From positions 1,302,001 to 1,366,000 of the forward strand of contig JAKIMF020000004.1 in assembly GCA_022605425.2 (NCBI GenBank): 64,000 bases of DNA. Direction: 5' to 3'. Positions within the stretch are counted from its first letter, which is position 1. Each line of letters starts with the position of its first letter. Of the stretch, positions 49,453 through 63,267 are shown in pieces. Under the pieces are notes generated by a model, which had not been told where the DNA came from, ran no database searches, and worked only from the letters and a program-made list of their open reading frames with translations. The stretch is from Hamiltosporidium tvaerminnensis FI-OER-3-3 (Eukaryota; Fungi; Microsporidia). Both the position numbers and the translations under genes were made by a program.

Positions 49453-50421
49453 ATGTCTGTTACAGAATCGGAACAAATAATAAAACCAGTCATTCAAGAG
49501 ATAGAAAACATGGCCAAGACCGATGTTCTTTTGCAAAATAGTCTTTTTAATATAAAAAATTTGTTTAACTACAATGTAGGAAATGGTAAAAATATACGAA
49601 TGTTAATATTTAAGGATTGTTTTTCCATGTTGACAAAATCTGGATTCAACCATGAAATATTAGCACTCTGCATTGAAATAATGCAATCTGTATTTCTAAT
49701 TACAGATGACATAGCAGATAAATCAATAATGAGACGTGGAAAGAATGCATGGTATATTGAAAATGGTTTAAATGCAATGAGAGATGCGTGTTTCATGAAT
49801 TCCTTGATATCGAAGTTAATTAAGCGTCAGTATGGAAACACAGAAATGACATGTAAAATTATAAAAATATTTCACAATATTTTCTTTAAAACAGCATTGG
49901 GACAGTTACACGATACTTTACCTAAAAAAATTACAAACTTTGATGAAGCTAAAAAAATATATTGCTTTGATAATTACATACCCGTTTTGGACGCAAAAAC
50001 AGCACATTATACTTTCTATTTACCTACACTATTAGCTTATACTCTAGCCAATCTACCTGAACCAGCAAATCTTAAAGAATTTTCCACAAATGCTGGTATG
50101 TACATCCAATTTCAAGATGATTATCTTAACTTTTTTCCAAATCAAGCAGGTAAAAGCGGAACAGATTTAGATGAAAAGAAACTAAACTGGTATTTGTGTT
50201 TGTTTATGGCTGATATTAAATCAGAACAACAAAAACAAGATTTTATGAATTATTTTATTGACAATAATACAACAAAGATAATGACGTATTTAGAACCGTA
50301 TTTTAAGACATATTCAAGTGATGAAGAAAAATTTAAGAATAAGCTTATATCTATGATGAGCGATGATACAAGATGTGTTTATGATTATTGTCTTCAAAAA
50401 ATTTATAAAAGAAAATATTAA
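49453..50421 (+). CDS. ERG20: Farnesyl/geranylgeranyl diphosphate synthase (short-chain trans-prenyltransferase)
   Basis: GKNIR, FARM FLITDDIAD...RRG..W, GQL.D, KTA.YTFYLP, SARM FQDDYLN, GK.GTD and a C-terminal KIYKR. Confidence 0.88.
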   Translation: MSVTESEQIIKPVIQEIENMAKTDVLLQNSLFNIKNLFNYNVGNGKNIRMLIFKDCFSMLTKSGFNHEILALCIEIMQSVFLITDDIADKSIMRRGKNAWYIENGLNAMRDACFMNSLISKLIKRQYGNTEMTCKIIKIFHNIFFKTALGQLHDTLPKKITNFDEAKKIYCFDNYIPVLDAKTAHYTFYLPTLLAYTLANLPEPANLKEFSTNAGMYIQFQDDYLNFFPNQAGKSGTDLDEKKLNWYLCLFMADIKSEQQKQDFMNYFIDNNTTKIMTYLEPYFKTYSSDEEKFKNKLISMMSDDTRCVYDYCLQKIYKRKY

Positions 50422-53400
50422 AGAGCTTTTGAATACTTAATTTCTAGGTTTTGAAGTAAATCTCGTATTTTTTTATTTTATTTTCCACTGTTTGTTCGTA
50501 TATTATTTTTCTTTGAGCAATATTTTTGCCTTTTTAAAATATTTATTTTATATTTTATTGAATTAATTTGGCTTTAATATAAATATAGACTTCTTATGAG
50601 ATAAGATATTCTAATAAAAAAGTCTTTTCCAGCTAATACTAATACTGATTTACTTTAATTAGTTTTGCTTTTTTTCGAGAGGGCATTTACCTTAATAAAT
50701 TAGATTGTTAACCTCCTAAAGGATTGTATTTTGTATAATATGTTTATTTATTATTTGCTAGCTCGCCCCTTCTCTACGAATTAAACACAATTCAATGATG
50801 AATCATAACTTCGCTAAGTAATAGGCAGTCCAAAGAAAATTAATTTCTTATAGGTTAGGTTGTCAGCCTCACGCAAAAGTATAATATGTGCGTAAATTAA
50901 AATGCAATACCTCATTATATTTGCAACCACGGTACATAGTTTATTTCTTAAGAATTTTGTAATACAGCAGCTTCAAAAATTGAAATATATTTTTTAAAAA
51001 GTTACGATCTTTTCTTTGTGGCTCAAGTATAATTTAAAATTTATGGAACGCTAATCTTTTATTTTTTATATAAGACACAGAACAAAGTAACAAATTTTTT
51101 AATTTGATAAAAGAAAAATTATTAAATTCAAGCTATTAATATTACTTAGCCAACCCTCAAGATCAAATTTATTTAATAAAATGTTGACAAATTTAAGAAA
51201 AATCTAGTAAGTTTAATCATATATAAATATTAAAATTAAAAATCAAATTCTTTATTTATATATTGGCATTTTGAAGTCTTTTTTGATTCATTTCTGAGAT
51301 TGAAATTAAAATTCAGATTATGAAGAGAATATAGACATAAAAGAAATGTATTTTGCATTTAAATATAAATTAAACACGAGAGTCACAACAATTTAGGCTT
51401 CTAAAATGTTTGTATTATTTGAGTGTATATTTATATTTAAATATATTCTAATATTTCTTTGAAGTATTTAATTTGCTATTATAGGAAATCGATTTCGATG
51501 TTCTAAAGAAATTAGCATGCACTAAAACACAAAAATGGCTTTATGGTGAACCCTCAAACTATAAAAGTTACTCACTTCTCGAAATTCTAGTTATAGCCGA
51601 TTTTTCACTAATACCGGAATATAGAAAAAATTATTTAGATTGATGCATTTCTACCTTCAATAATATTCTTGAAACGTGCTTAAGCACGTCTATATATCTA
51701 AATATTTGCTGGGAGTAGAAAAATTGCGAAATACTGAACAAAAAAACCTAAAAAGTGACTAAAATGATAGACGAATACCGGTTTAGTATGATCTATTGTA
51801 ATTAAATACAGCTAAAGTTCCAAGTTATACAAAATTTGAAATCATTATATAAAAGGATAAAATCATTCCATTGCTTCATATTAAAAATACATATCTTTTT
51901 AACAAATTAAATCCAATAATTTTGAATTTGATCTCAAAAATGTTATTTCTTGTCTAAAACTTAAATTATAAAATATCTAGTTGTTTTGTACATATTAAAC
52001 CTTGGATATTAAATTTATGATAAAAGATGGAAATTCTACTGTTTATAATCAATTTTAAGCTTTATCTGTGTATTACTATTAATCATCATCTAGAAACTCA
52101 TAATTTAATTCAAGAAACATATTTTTTTTCCATGGGAAGCTGATAAACTTAATGGGATTCAAAATAATAGAAATTTATACGTGTATATCTAAATTTTTTT
52201 CTCTTTTTTTGGATTCATTACCATAATGAATAAAAGAAGAATTTTGATTTGGTGTAAAAATTCATTTTTTGGATTTTTAAACTTGCCCATTATAGTTTCT
52301 AAATAAAATTTTTTATAAAAAAGGTTTTCTGGTTCAATTTTTGATCATATTTGTGTGAAATCTCAAGGCGTATCTATTTTCAATTACTTTTTATTGCTGA
52401 AAATATCAACTTTTTTTCTATTATTCATTAACGGTTTTGGAATTATAAAGAAATTGAAAATAAGCTTTTATATAGGTTTACGATCAATAAAATTGGAAAT
52501 CTTATAGATATTGTGATTATAAACCTAATTTATAAATTACGAAGCTCCTGAATGCTTGTTCTAGATATGTTTATACTCTTAGAAGTAAAAATTCAAACTA
52601 TTCAATGGCCTAACTGAGTTTAATATTTATCATTGAATAATTTTAGTTTGGCTTTATTATTTAATAAATTTTAAATCTTTTTCAAACAAGTTCCATATAT
52701 TTTCTTTCTATTTAATTAAAGTAGTAATAGGTTTACATAACTTTTCACCACTATATCATTTTACTCACGAATAACTATCTTTCGCTTTTCATTTAAATAA
52801 TTTTGGAATCAGTTTGATAAAGAAGATTTCTCTCATTCGTTATTCAATGTTTATTGCCTTATGTGTGATATCGATTCGAATATTCCTTGGTTGATTTTTA
52901 ATATTCGAAGTATTTCTACTAACCATACAGTTTCAAACAAATAGGCTTCAATATAAGATATATTCTCGTATCTTATAAGATTTTTACCTATAAGTTTAAA
53001 ATTCATACTAATAATTACAAAATCAGCCGTTTTATTTTTCAGACATTTAAAAAATTTTTTTATCCCTTAAGCGCCAATTCTTCTAACTTGGGTGATTAGA
53101 GCTAGATTTATATGTTCTTGTATTTAAAGTATATTTAATTTGAAGCTATATTTAATTTAGTTACATAAAAAACCAAACAGTAACTCTGAAAAAAAAAGTT
53201 TACAATTTTGTAGACCAGGCCTTCCATAACAGTTTCATGAAATAAAGAAAGACAGTTTGGTTTTATATAAAAAATCCAAAAGCTGATTTCCCATACCTAA
53301 TTACGAAAGAGACTGTTATTAAGGTAGTTTTTCTTCCTAAGTATATTAATTCTTTGCAATTAATAAAAAGTAAGAGCGTGCAGATTTGAGATGAAAAACA

Positions 53401-54528
53401 ATAAGACAAATCGATTATACTAATATATTTCTTCTGAACGAACTATAAGCGAATAAACAATGTATAAATTTTCTTCGAAATGTTGTTTAAATTGCAATAA
53501 TTTGTAAACCAGAGAGTATTCGAATTTAATTACAGATATTTAAGGTGGCTCGCATTATTCATACTTCTATAAACACTTTTATGTAATTTAAAAACTGAAA
53601 TTGAATATATTTGTGTAAAAATAAAGTAGAGATTCTAATAGAACAAACGGATATATATTCCAGCTTAGCCATTATAAATTACTTTTATAACAATAGATTA
53701 GACAATTTGAATTTGATCTCCAATCTTTTTCCGCCATATTAGATTAATAAAATTTACTCCTCAAATCATTATTATTAACGCTTTAGTTATATTATATCAA
53801 TGATGCAAATGAAGTTCCAATAAATACGATTTTATAACAATAAATCTAAAAGTTAAACTAAAAAACTGAACGCTTATTTCATTTAAAAGCCACTAATTTG
53901 TAATCTCTGGTTTGCTGAAGAACAATATTTTGATAGGATTTATTTGTAAAAAATTGCTGCATATTGCAAACTTGTATTTAGAAGTTTTTCGGTCAAATAA
54001 TACACTTTTCCTCTGTAACTGTCGGTAAATAATGCTTGCTTTTTATTAATTAGTTTGGTTTTGAATGTGGCAGACTATATCAAAAATCTTTAGTATTGTT
54101 GTATTGACGATTTAGAAAGCTCAAATTAAGCAGTATGAATAAATATTTTTTTCTAACGAAATAGTAGATTTAATAACATTGTAATATATGTATTAAGTGT
54201 AAAATACGAACGTTTCCTGTCTATTTGCTCAAAGTTACAAAGATAAAAAATTATTTTATTCCTTACTTATTTGGCATACAAGAGTCACACAGTAGCTGAA
54301 CATATGTTCGAATTCGGTAAAATAAAATATTTAATATATGTGCTAATATAATACATGTTGCCTTATAAAACATACAATAATGAACAATATTATACCTAAT
54401 ATTTGTTTAAATGCCGATTTGAAAGTTTGGAAACGTCTTTAATTAAAAGATCTAGACCTTAAAAAAATTGAATCCTAAAAAGATTTAGACTATCGCTCAT
54501 ATATTTTAAGAATAGCAAAATATATTCC

Positions 54529-55840
54529 ATGCAATTTAGTAATTTGATATGGAACGCTTGTATATTTCAGTATGCATATTTGATAAATTGCGCTGCTGAA
54601 CAGGAAGAACTTTTACTAGAGCATATGGAAAGTGGGAATAACCATATAGATGATCATAAGTATAAAATATATTCGTCGATACGAAATTTTAGCGAAGTTA
54701 TCTTAAAAAAACGGCTTCATCAACACGAGCATTTTATAGATAAATACCATATACATTGTAAAATAAATTTAAATCAAATTGATACAAATAGCGAATCTAT
54801 CCGTATAACGATGAAAGATCAGACTGATTATAATAGAAACTATGTTCTAACCTGGAAACTTGACCCGCAATATAATATGTCAGATTTTATAGCAGAGATG
54901 AATCATTCAATATTTATATGCAATGAAGATATTGAAGCATTTGAGAAAACAAATCATACTATTTTAAAAATGAAATTCGAAGACGACATTATATATGGAA
55001 AAATCGGCAAAATAGAGTCAAATGTTGTTTTTAGTTTATATTTGGTCCAAAATCTTGCAACTCTTAAAAATTTAAGAACATTTAATCGTATTATAGGTGG
55101 ATCTTCGCAGAAATCAAATTACAAATCCTTTGTTTTAATTCTTAATGAAAAAATAAACAGTTACGATAGATTTGTAATTTTTACAGAATATTTCAAAGAT
55201 GATGGTAAAAATTTTGATTCTGGTTATATTTCTGTGATGATTTCTCAAAAATATTCAGAAAATATATTGAGTGACACTGTTTGTTATTTAAAAAACTATA
55301 AAGATTGCTCAATATTTGCCAAACTTAAACTTTATTTTCTGAATTACAAAAATCGATTGATTTTAGCGATTTGATAATAATCCACTAGAATAAACCTTAT
55401 ATTTAAATGAAATTAATATGTTACAACAAGTTAAGAATGAAAAAACAAAAATAAAAAAGTCACGGAATACTTTCTTGGGATCTGAATTGATTTCATTCCT
55501 TGAAGATGGACAAGATAATCACATCAACGGCTTTATCCTACCAGGTCTACGTATTGAAATTATAGAAAAACCCAAGCATAGAAAAATTTCTAGAATCAAG
55601 CGAAAAGATACAAATAATACTGAAATTATAATAAATATAATTCTATCTATGTATGATTATGATAGATATGAATTTGTTTTTATATTTAATAAGAATAAAA
55701 CAAGGATTAAATCGTGCCTTAACTATTTCAAAAATGAGAAATGGCAATTTACAAAAAAAACGAACAAAATGTCTGAACTTAACTCCGAGTTTGATAGTAT
55801 TTTTGCGAGTTATATATCCAGTCAACTTAAAGTTCAATAA
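54529..55840 (+). pseudogene. Lineage-specific secreted-type gene split into two ORFs (54529-55374 and 55418-55840)
   Basis: Signal-like N-terminus and a 43-bp gap between same-strand ORFs. Both halves contain a YDR[F/Y].[I/F][F/V] motif. It could instead be two genes. Confidence 0.5.
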
Positions 55841-55919
55841 TAAACATTTTTTTGACTTAATTATATTTATTTTTATTATAATGAAGAGAATATATTGTGG
55901 CAAAGCGTATTTGCGTGCA

Positions 55920-56584
55920 GGTGGCGAAGATGGTGTATAAAATTATTTTTTGATCTGATAAATAATAAACCATCTATATTTTCGATTTTTTAATTGTAAT
56001 TTGTATAAAGATGAACTTGTCAACATAATATATACTTTTTCTACATACCTGAGTTGCGGTTTTTTCTATTAGAAGTGGTTACGGCTGAAATTGTAGGTAA
56101 ATACCATGAAAATAGATTGCACTCGAGATTACGCACGGTGATCAAAGACACATTGCCAAGTCAGATCTAAAGTAACCTAACCTCTAAGAATCCAGCAATG
56201 CTGAGTTCTAGGTATACTTAACGGTGCATCATTACTAAAATAGGCAATCATATGTAAGTTGCAACTATATATCTGCTGAAGCCTTTATTTCGTCTGCAAA
56301 GTTACAAAAGTAGGATGACTCTGGCCTTAGTACCTAATATAGATATTTACCTGCGATAATACACAAGAGATAACGTAATTAAATGACCTCGATAAAGTTC
56401 TTCGCATTGAAAAAATTTAACATACCTTTTAGCTAAAAGAATTTTAGATCATGAGATTTTTAGGAATATCGGTTAAGTTTTAGAGGCGCAATATTTATGT
56501 TAGACCTAGAACTGTGTTAAGGCCATAGAAACAATTTACATTGTGCCACTTATTTTCAAAGAAGATGTTATATCTATTCAATAA
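55920..56584 (+). mobile_element. ~700-nt retroposon, copy E (highly diverged, near full length)
   Basis: Colinear islands: GGTGG start, gctgaa..tgtaggtaa..ccatg, tatatct.gct.aag, tatttatgtta.acctagaactg.gttaa, and a final aagatgt.at...tcaataa. Confidence 0.7.
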
Positions 56585-56949
56585 CTATATCAATGGTCAA
56601 TATAATATTTTATAAGAAGATTTACAATCAAATGTCGCATTCATAACCAAATAAATTGGAAGATAAATATAAAATTTTTATTAAAATGAAGCTTTATGCC
56701 ATTCAATATTGATTAAAATCCTAAAGCTTACAATAAGTTCATTTTATGCGTATATTGATATCGAGACTTTTTTCTCAGATCAGAAACGTATTTAAATTTT
56801 TTTTTACAGTATTAGCAACAGAAATTTTTAAATTGCTGGAAGTATACAAAAAAAAATTGAAAACAACATGAAAATATCTAATTTATAAGATTTCACAAGG
56901 ATTTCAGCTTTGAATCTGTTTACTTTATTGATTTCTGTAGAATTTTCTT

Positions 56950-57790
56950 TTTGTGTAAAAAATCGTAAGCCAACGCAATCAGAGATCACTATAGATTTAT
57001 CTGATGTATATTAGAACCTTTTTACCTACTTATAATCAAAAGACTGTATTTCTATCTCGAGAATGTGTAAAGATCGAAATTAAAAATTTAAATAGGATAA
57101 AAGTATTAGACTTACCAATAATTTTGCGTATAAATATGATCCGAACTTATCGGAATGTAAGAGCAATGATATTATAGCAGACTATATAATTAAAAATCTT
57201 ATAACAAATATGAGTAATTCCACAAAGACTGCAGATAATTTAAAAAAATATAGAGGCTTACTTAAAATATTCTTCTTAACCCGAATGAAAGGAAACAGTG
57301 AAGGATAAGTTATGAATGCCTTTTCGAGCTATTAGGGTTATGGGCTACACTGGAATAACATTTTATGATAATATAACAGTGATTTAAACTGTACAAAATA
57401 CCAAATTATGTATTAATTATGTATTAATTATAAATTAATTAGTCTGCGATTGACTTCAGGCTTAGAAAACTCATGTATAGGTCGAAGACGCAATTCCTAC
57501 AATCTTAACAGCTTTTGCAGATGCATCGACAAACTTAAAAATAAATATAGACTTAAATAGTACTATATAAATACAATATTATCCGAAAATACCTTTGGCT
57601 GTTTACGAGGCGCGCATTAAAATTCAAAGATGTCACAAATGCGAGAATTATATTTTTAAAATATGAAACACAAATCGCGGTTAGTCATAATCACAAGAAC
57701 GATACATTTAAATTCCATAAAATATTTCCAACAACGGTAATTGAATTACAAAGAGTTATAAACTGAAGGTACACATTTACCTTGCTGTTA
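56950..57790 (+). mobile_element. Possible very old Tc1-like transposase remnant
   Basis: Broken-frame similarity to the Tc1 C-terminal motifs (N.IEN.W, VI...G.T). No TIRs were found. Confidence 0.25.
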
Positions 57791-60279
57791 TTTTATAACT
57801 CAATAATGTTCTGTCAATTTATAACCAATGCATTGAAACGCAATAAATTTAATCATCTTGTAGTGAGCATGTAACTTATGTTTATAAAACGAAAAATTTC
57901 GATAATCATTGCAACAATATAGTTTTTTTCGTCAACTCGAGTAAGGCTCGAAAAGCTCTAATATAACCAAAATTTCGAATAGATTTTTAAATAATATTCG
58001 AAGTATATTTGAACATGGTAGTTATTTATCGAGTTGCATCAAATTCACAATTATTGGCAAATTATCGAAAAAATTAGTGCAAGAGTATCAAAGTAATATT
58101 AATCTTAAGTAAAAGATTCTTATTCTTTTAGATATTTTATTTTTGTTTATTTAATTTACTTTATTTTGAATTTTATAGACTATTTATTTTTATTCAAGAT
58201 ATTTATATAAAAAAAACTACAAATTCATTTTTACTATCTTTTAATATTTTAAAAATAACAATATAGTTTTAAATTAATACATAATACTCGCTATTAAAAA
58301 AGACGTATATGTTATATTAATTTCATTCATCAAGACGTTTTTGGCTTTATAACAGATAATCGCTCCTCAGGAAACTCGATTAGTACTCCCCCCGTTACCA
58401 TCAGCGCACATTTTATTTAAAAGAGCCTTAGATTCATTTATTTGGCTATGGGTTTGCTTTTAGTTCGTTAATGTTTGAATTCGAGTATCTATTGTAGGCC
58501 AAAAAAAATACTTGAATTCCAGAAGACCGGCAGAATTTCACATACTCTGCCATTTATGAACTGATTATAGATCCGGCTATGATTTATCTCGGAAACTAAC
58601 ATGGGTTTGCAGTTAGAGTGAAAATATTAAAATAACGTATTGAGCTTTATACTTGGCTTTCGAATTAAACAGAGATTATTCTTTTCGCTTCTACTCTAGA
58701 GGAGTGTCTTCTAATTCGAGTAAGCGTGGCTACTTTGCATGGTTTTAAACAGCAATCACTCATAAATTGTTCGTGGTTTTAATCTAGTAACATTAAAAAT
58801 TACTAATTCACTGTAGAAAAAGTTAATTATTTTATAAAACTTCTCAAAAATATACAAATCCGCTGGGAAAAAGCATAACACACTGCATTCTTTATTCTAT
58901 CAAAAATCGAAGCAATTTCCATAATTTTCAGCTACTCATTGACAAGCGCATAGTGTTTATTTTTTTATCCATACTACACCATTTATTTTATTTTAAAATA
59001 GAAAAGATAAATATTTCGAAAAGTAGAAAAAGCGAATACAAAGAAATGAAGCATAACTGTACCTAAATTACTATTACTCTGCTATGAATGTCCATCTTTA
59101 TTGTCCAAACCCATAGTCTCGGAGGCTTTGTTAAGTTTATGGTCTTTCATTGTATTTAGTTAGAGAAGCTAGAATAATTTAAAACTTTAAAAATAGATTT
59201 ATGCTGGTTATATTTTATTATTTGCGTTTCTCTTCTCCCAGAAAATGCCATATCCAGACCATTCTTTGAAATAGATTGAATATCAATTGTTAATATGAGA
59301 TTAAACAAATAAAATCATGTAATAGAAGAAAATACAAAGTACAAAAATATCATAACCAGATATTGTGTTTTAATCATGCGAAAGTATTTCACAGCTTGTA
59401 AAAATCAAGCTTGGTTTAAGTATTATTGAAACACAACCAAGCGCGAATTTCACGATAAGAAAGAATTTCTGGATAATTTATATAAATAATTGCAAATTTA
59501 TTTATTTATTGTGGTTTATATTAAACATTTTCTGCAAATTGCAACGTTTAATTTATTTAATACTAAATTAGATTGTTTTTGCTTTTCTAGCTTAATCCAG
59601 TACTCTGTAAGCCTCTGTTATGTCTTTTTGTTTCAATTTTTTTATATTTTGCAGTCAAGGCATTTTGAAAATAATTTTATTTTACTTTTAGTCAAATAAA
59701 TTATAATCATTGTTGTTCATCCAGCCTTTCTCTTCAAAACGTACTTGCGATAAAGTAACCAAGTTCGTGTGTCTTACTTCCATTTAATACAATAATGGAC
59801 AATCTTACACACCACACCCAAATAGACAATTAGCTTAGTTTTAAATTATGTTTTTAAAAAAAAAGTTATGGCTAGCTTTTCATCGGTTTTATATTTATTT
59901 TGGTTCTGTTTCTAACAATCTAATGGGCATCTTAAAGCCCATTAAATGCTATCTACTTGCGATTATAACCGGTTTGTAGCATATAGAACCATTGTGCGAT
60001 TATACATAAAAATATACGCAACTCGTCAAAAAATAATGATACCCACATAATTGTACCATTTGCATTTTGGAAAAACTCAAATTTGATTTCAGTTTGAATG
60101 ATTGTTATAAGATGGATTTTTTTACTTATAAATTGATTCCAAATCATTCTGAATTCGACAAAAACATAAGTCTAGGCTAAAAACTTATACTTGCTTTCAG
60201 TTTCGAGAAATTCTCGGGCTAGAAGACTCCTAATTTGTTTTGTAGATTTAGTTTAAATTGATCTTCGAGATGTTTGTGA

Positions 60280-60835
60280 AAAAATCACGCACGTAATATG
60301 CAGTCTGTTATAGTCTTTTCCGTGTATTTTTCACACCTATTTTATAATTGCTTGCAGTTTCGCTAGACTTATTGCATTGCTGACACATACCTTTCTCCTT
60401 GGTGTACGTTTCTAGCCACGATATAACAGAAAACTGACTGTCATAGGCTTAATATTCTTTTTCTTTAGTCAGCTGAAGAGTCAACAACCTCACATGCTCC
60501 GGTCTTCTCACTTTATATAACTCTAGGTGAGGTTTTTGTTATTATATTTCCGTATATAATTTTGCTAGTTGAGCTTCTTCTAAATTTTTTTTAGTGACAT
60601 CTTCATCCTGCTTATATTTTACCTTTAAAATCCATTTATTACTGCAAGAATATTCATATGTATCCTAATCTTTTATAATTGCTTTTCTTTGGTTTTATAT
60701 TTCTTTCATTTTCTAAAAAAATCAAAATTTACAAAGGTATATATTCACCTCAAAATACATCACTATTTAGGTCTCTTCAAAGTTCTGTCTTAGAAAAATA
60801 TAGACGCTCTTTATAACCTAGCCTGCAATGTATAT
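60280..60835 (-). mobile_element. Decayed R4-like retrotransposon fragment (thumb to CCHC)
   Basis: gctagttgagcttcttctaaa.ttttttt.agtgac is nearly identical to 15887-15921. The minus strand reads KERLY and MCQQCNKSSET. Confidence 0.75.
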
Positions 60836-62024
60836 AAAATATTCTATAAAAAAAATAGATTACACATTTAAGACTTTCTTTAAAAATATATTAAAAAGAT
60901 ACAAATCTATTATGTAATCGAGTAATAACACTAAGACATCAACAAGAAGTCAAACTGTGTAATAGTTTGAAAAATGTATGATACCCACAATATTGTTCCA
61001 ATTACTAACATTACTCTTTTAATTGTTTAAAAAATCCACAAAACCAACAAAAGTGCTTAAAAATAGAACATTAAACACATTAAAATCTGTTATTGGTTAT
61101 AAATATATTCTCACTAAATATTGCTTTAAATCCTTTCTAGATTATAGTAAATCATAATAAATCCAATAAAGAAATATCTTTTTACTTTCTAAAGTTTAAA
61201 TCATTAAACTACGAATCAATGTAAATAAATTTGATCGAATTTTCTTTTTAAGCTTTTTACTAAAGTATAAGCAATTGTATGATAAGATTAATGGTAAAAT
61301 AAATATTCCATGTAGTTTATTTATATCCAAAATATAATTATTGTTTGAATAGTCTCATCGAATTAAATACCTGTTAAAAAATTTTTCTTTATAAAATAAA
61401 CCAGAAAATTAAATTACTAAAGAATTACCAAATACATATATCCTAAAAAAATATATTTCTTCAGACAAAGAAAACGTTTATTTAATAGAATACCACGAAA
61501 CAGATAACACAATAGAATAAAAATTTTGTTAAATTGAACAGAATAAATAGAAACTACCAAGTTTCAGCTCTGACACAAAAATAAGAAAGTAATTCAGAAG
61601 AGAAAAAATATGTAGATTAGGAAATATTCCATAGACCGGCAAATATGTGTATATGAAAGGCTAAAGAAAATTCTATGTGTACTTTTAGATTAATTGAGAA
61701 ATAACTTAAATAAAACTATTCAGTAATTATATCTCATCTAAAGAAGTATAAGTAGATAATCTACTTTATTATTTTTTTGTTGAATGTAAAATATAGTTCG
61801 CTTATACAATGTTTCTAATTACTATACATTTAAAACAATCGAATTAACAAAAAAATTAGTAAAATACTTAAAACCCTATATAAAGATAAAAAACAAAATT
61901 TAATAATAAAATAGAATTCTTAGTTAACAAATTTTTATCTTTTAAATAATTCTTTCCACCATTTCAACTACCAATTTAATAAAAAAAACATTTTTTAAAT
62001 AAGAATTCTCTAAATTATTCCTAA

Positions 62025-62215
62025 AGACTCTATTAAGATAAAAAACATAATTTTAATAAAAAAAAAATTTTCTCAAAACTAAAAAAAATATTATTCTTAC
62101 AGACTCTATTAAGATAAAAAACATAATTTTAATAAAAAAAAAATTTTCTCAAAACTAAAAAAAATATTATTCTTACAGACTCTATTAAGATAAAAAACAT
62201 AATTTAATATAAAAA
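62025..62215. repeat. 76-bp tandem duplication x~2.4 upstream of DCP2
   Basis: agactctattaagataaaaaacataa at 62025, 62101 and 62177. Confidence 0.85.
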
Positions 62216-62321
62216 ACATAATTTTAATAAAAAAAAATATTTTCTCAAATATAAAAAAAATACTCCAAAAATATAAAAAAAATACTCCAAAAATATAAAA
62301 AAAAAGAAAAGAAACCCTCAA

Positions 62322-63032
62322 ATGAAATTTAAAGATGCATTAGAAGACCTATCAATACGATTTCTTTATTTTATATCAGAAGAAGATCTAAAATATACAG
62401 AAAGATTATTTTTTAAAATAGAAGAAGCATTTTGGCATTTTATAGATTTCTATTCCCACAAAACACCAAAACTTTCAGAAAAAGTATTTGCCATTCGTAT
62501 TATAATATACAACAACCTACCCATATCTAATATTCCAGAAAAATACAAAGAATATATAAAATATAAAAGAAACATTCCAGTATTTGGTGCTTTAATTCTT
62601 AATAAAGATTTAACACACATTTTACTTGTTAAGGGAATGCAAGAAGGATCCAAGTATTCCTTTCCCAAAGGAAAAAGATGTTTTAACGAAACACCTCAGC
62701 AATGTGCTATACGAGAAGTATATGAAGAAATCGGATACGATATTTCTACTAAGATTACTCAATACACCTGTGAAATTAAAAATGACACATATAAGTTGTT
62801 TGTTATTATTAATGTACATAATTCTACAAAATTCACCACCAAAACCAGAAATGAAATCTCAGATATTAAATGGTTTCCTATAAATGAAATACAATTTTAT
62901 GATTATAAAGAAGAAATATCATTTGTTAAAACACTAATACCAAAAATAAAAGAAATTGTAAATAAAATAAAAGAAAATCATTTCAGATTCAATCTTTCAA
63001 AATTCCATGAAATATTTAATTCCCTACAATAA
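62322..63032 (+). CDS. DCP2: mRNA decapping enzyme Dcp2 (Box A + Nudix)
   Basis: LEDL..RF...ERLFF.IEEA.W..DF (Box A), IPV.GA.ILN and the Nudix box FPKGK...E....CAIREV.EE.G. The start context is CCCTCAAATG. Confidence 0.93.
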   Translation: MKFKDALEDLSIRFLYFISEEDLKYTERLFFKIEEAFWHFIDFYSHKTPKLSEKVFAIRIIIYNNLPISNIPEKYKEYIKYKRNIPVFGALILNKDLTHILLVKGMQEGSKYSFPKGKRCFNETPQQCAIREVYEEIGYDISTKITQYTCEIKNDTYKLFVIINVHNSTKFTTKTRNEISDIKWFPINEIQFYDYKEEISFVKTLIPKIKEIVNKIKENHFRFNLSKFHEIFNSLQ

Positions 63033-63267
63033 ACCCAAATAAAATAAAAGAAAATCATTTCAGATTCAATCTTTCAAAATTCCATGAAATATTTAATTCC
63101 CTACAATAAACCCAAATAAAATAAAAGAAAATCATTTCAGATTCAATCTTTCAAAATTCCATGAAATATTTAATTCCCTACAATAAACCCAAATAAAATA
63201 AAAGAAAATCATTTCAGATTCAATCTTTCAAAATTCCATGAAATATTTAATTCCCTACAATAAACCC
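62960..63267 (+). repeat. 77-bp exact tandem repeat x4 of the DCP2 3' end and the promoter of the next gene
   Basis: tttcagattc at 62981, 63058, 63135 and 63212. Each unit ends CAATAAACCC. Confidence 0.95.

Noticed and set aside
52200-53750. Possible decayed minus-strand gene (open stretch ..ENISYIEAYLFETVWLVEILRILK..)
   Set aside because: The open frame is short with no start or recognisable family, so I cannot support a call.
56173-56183. TAACCTAACCT as a TTAGG telomerase template in copy E
   Set aside because: It is not conserved in the other four copies.
58300-59150. Possible additional DNA-transposon remnant
   Set aside because: Only faint motif resemblance and no TIRs.
59921-59944. 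Hairpin TAATGGGC-N8-GCCCATTA as a Helitron 3' end
   Set aside because: There is no CTRR terminus at the expected distance and no second copy in the window.
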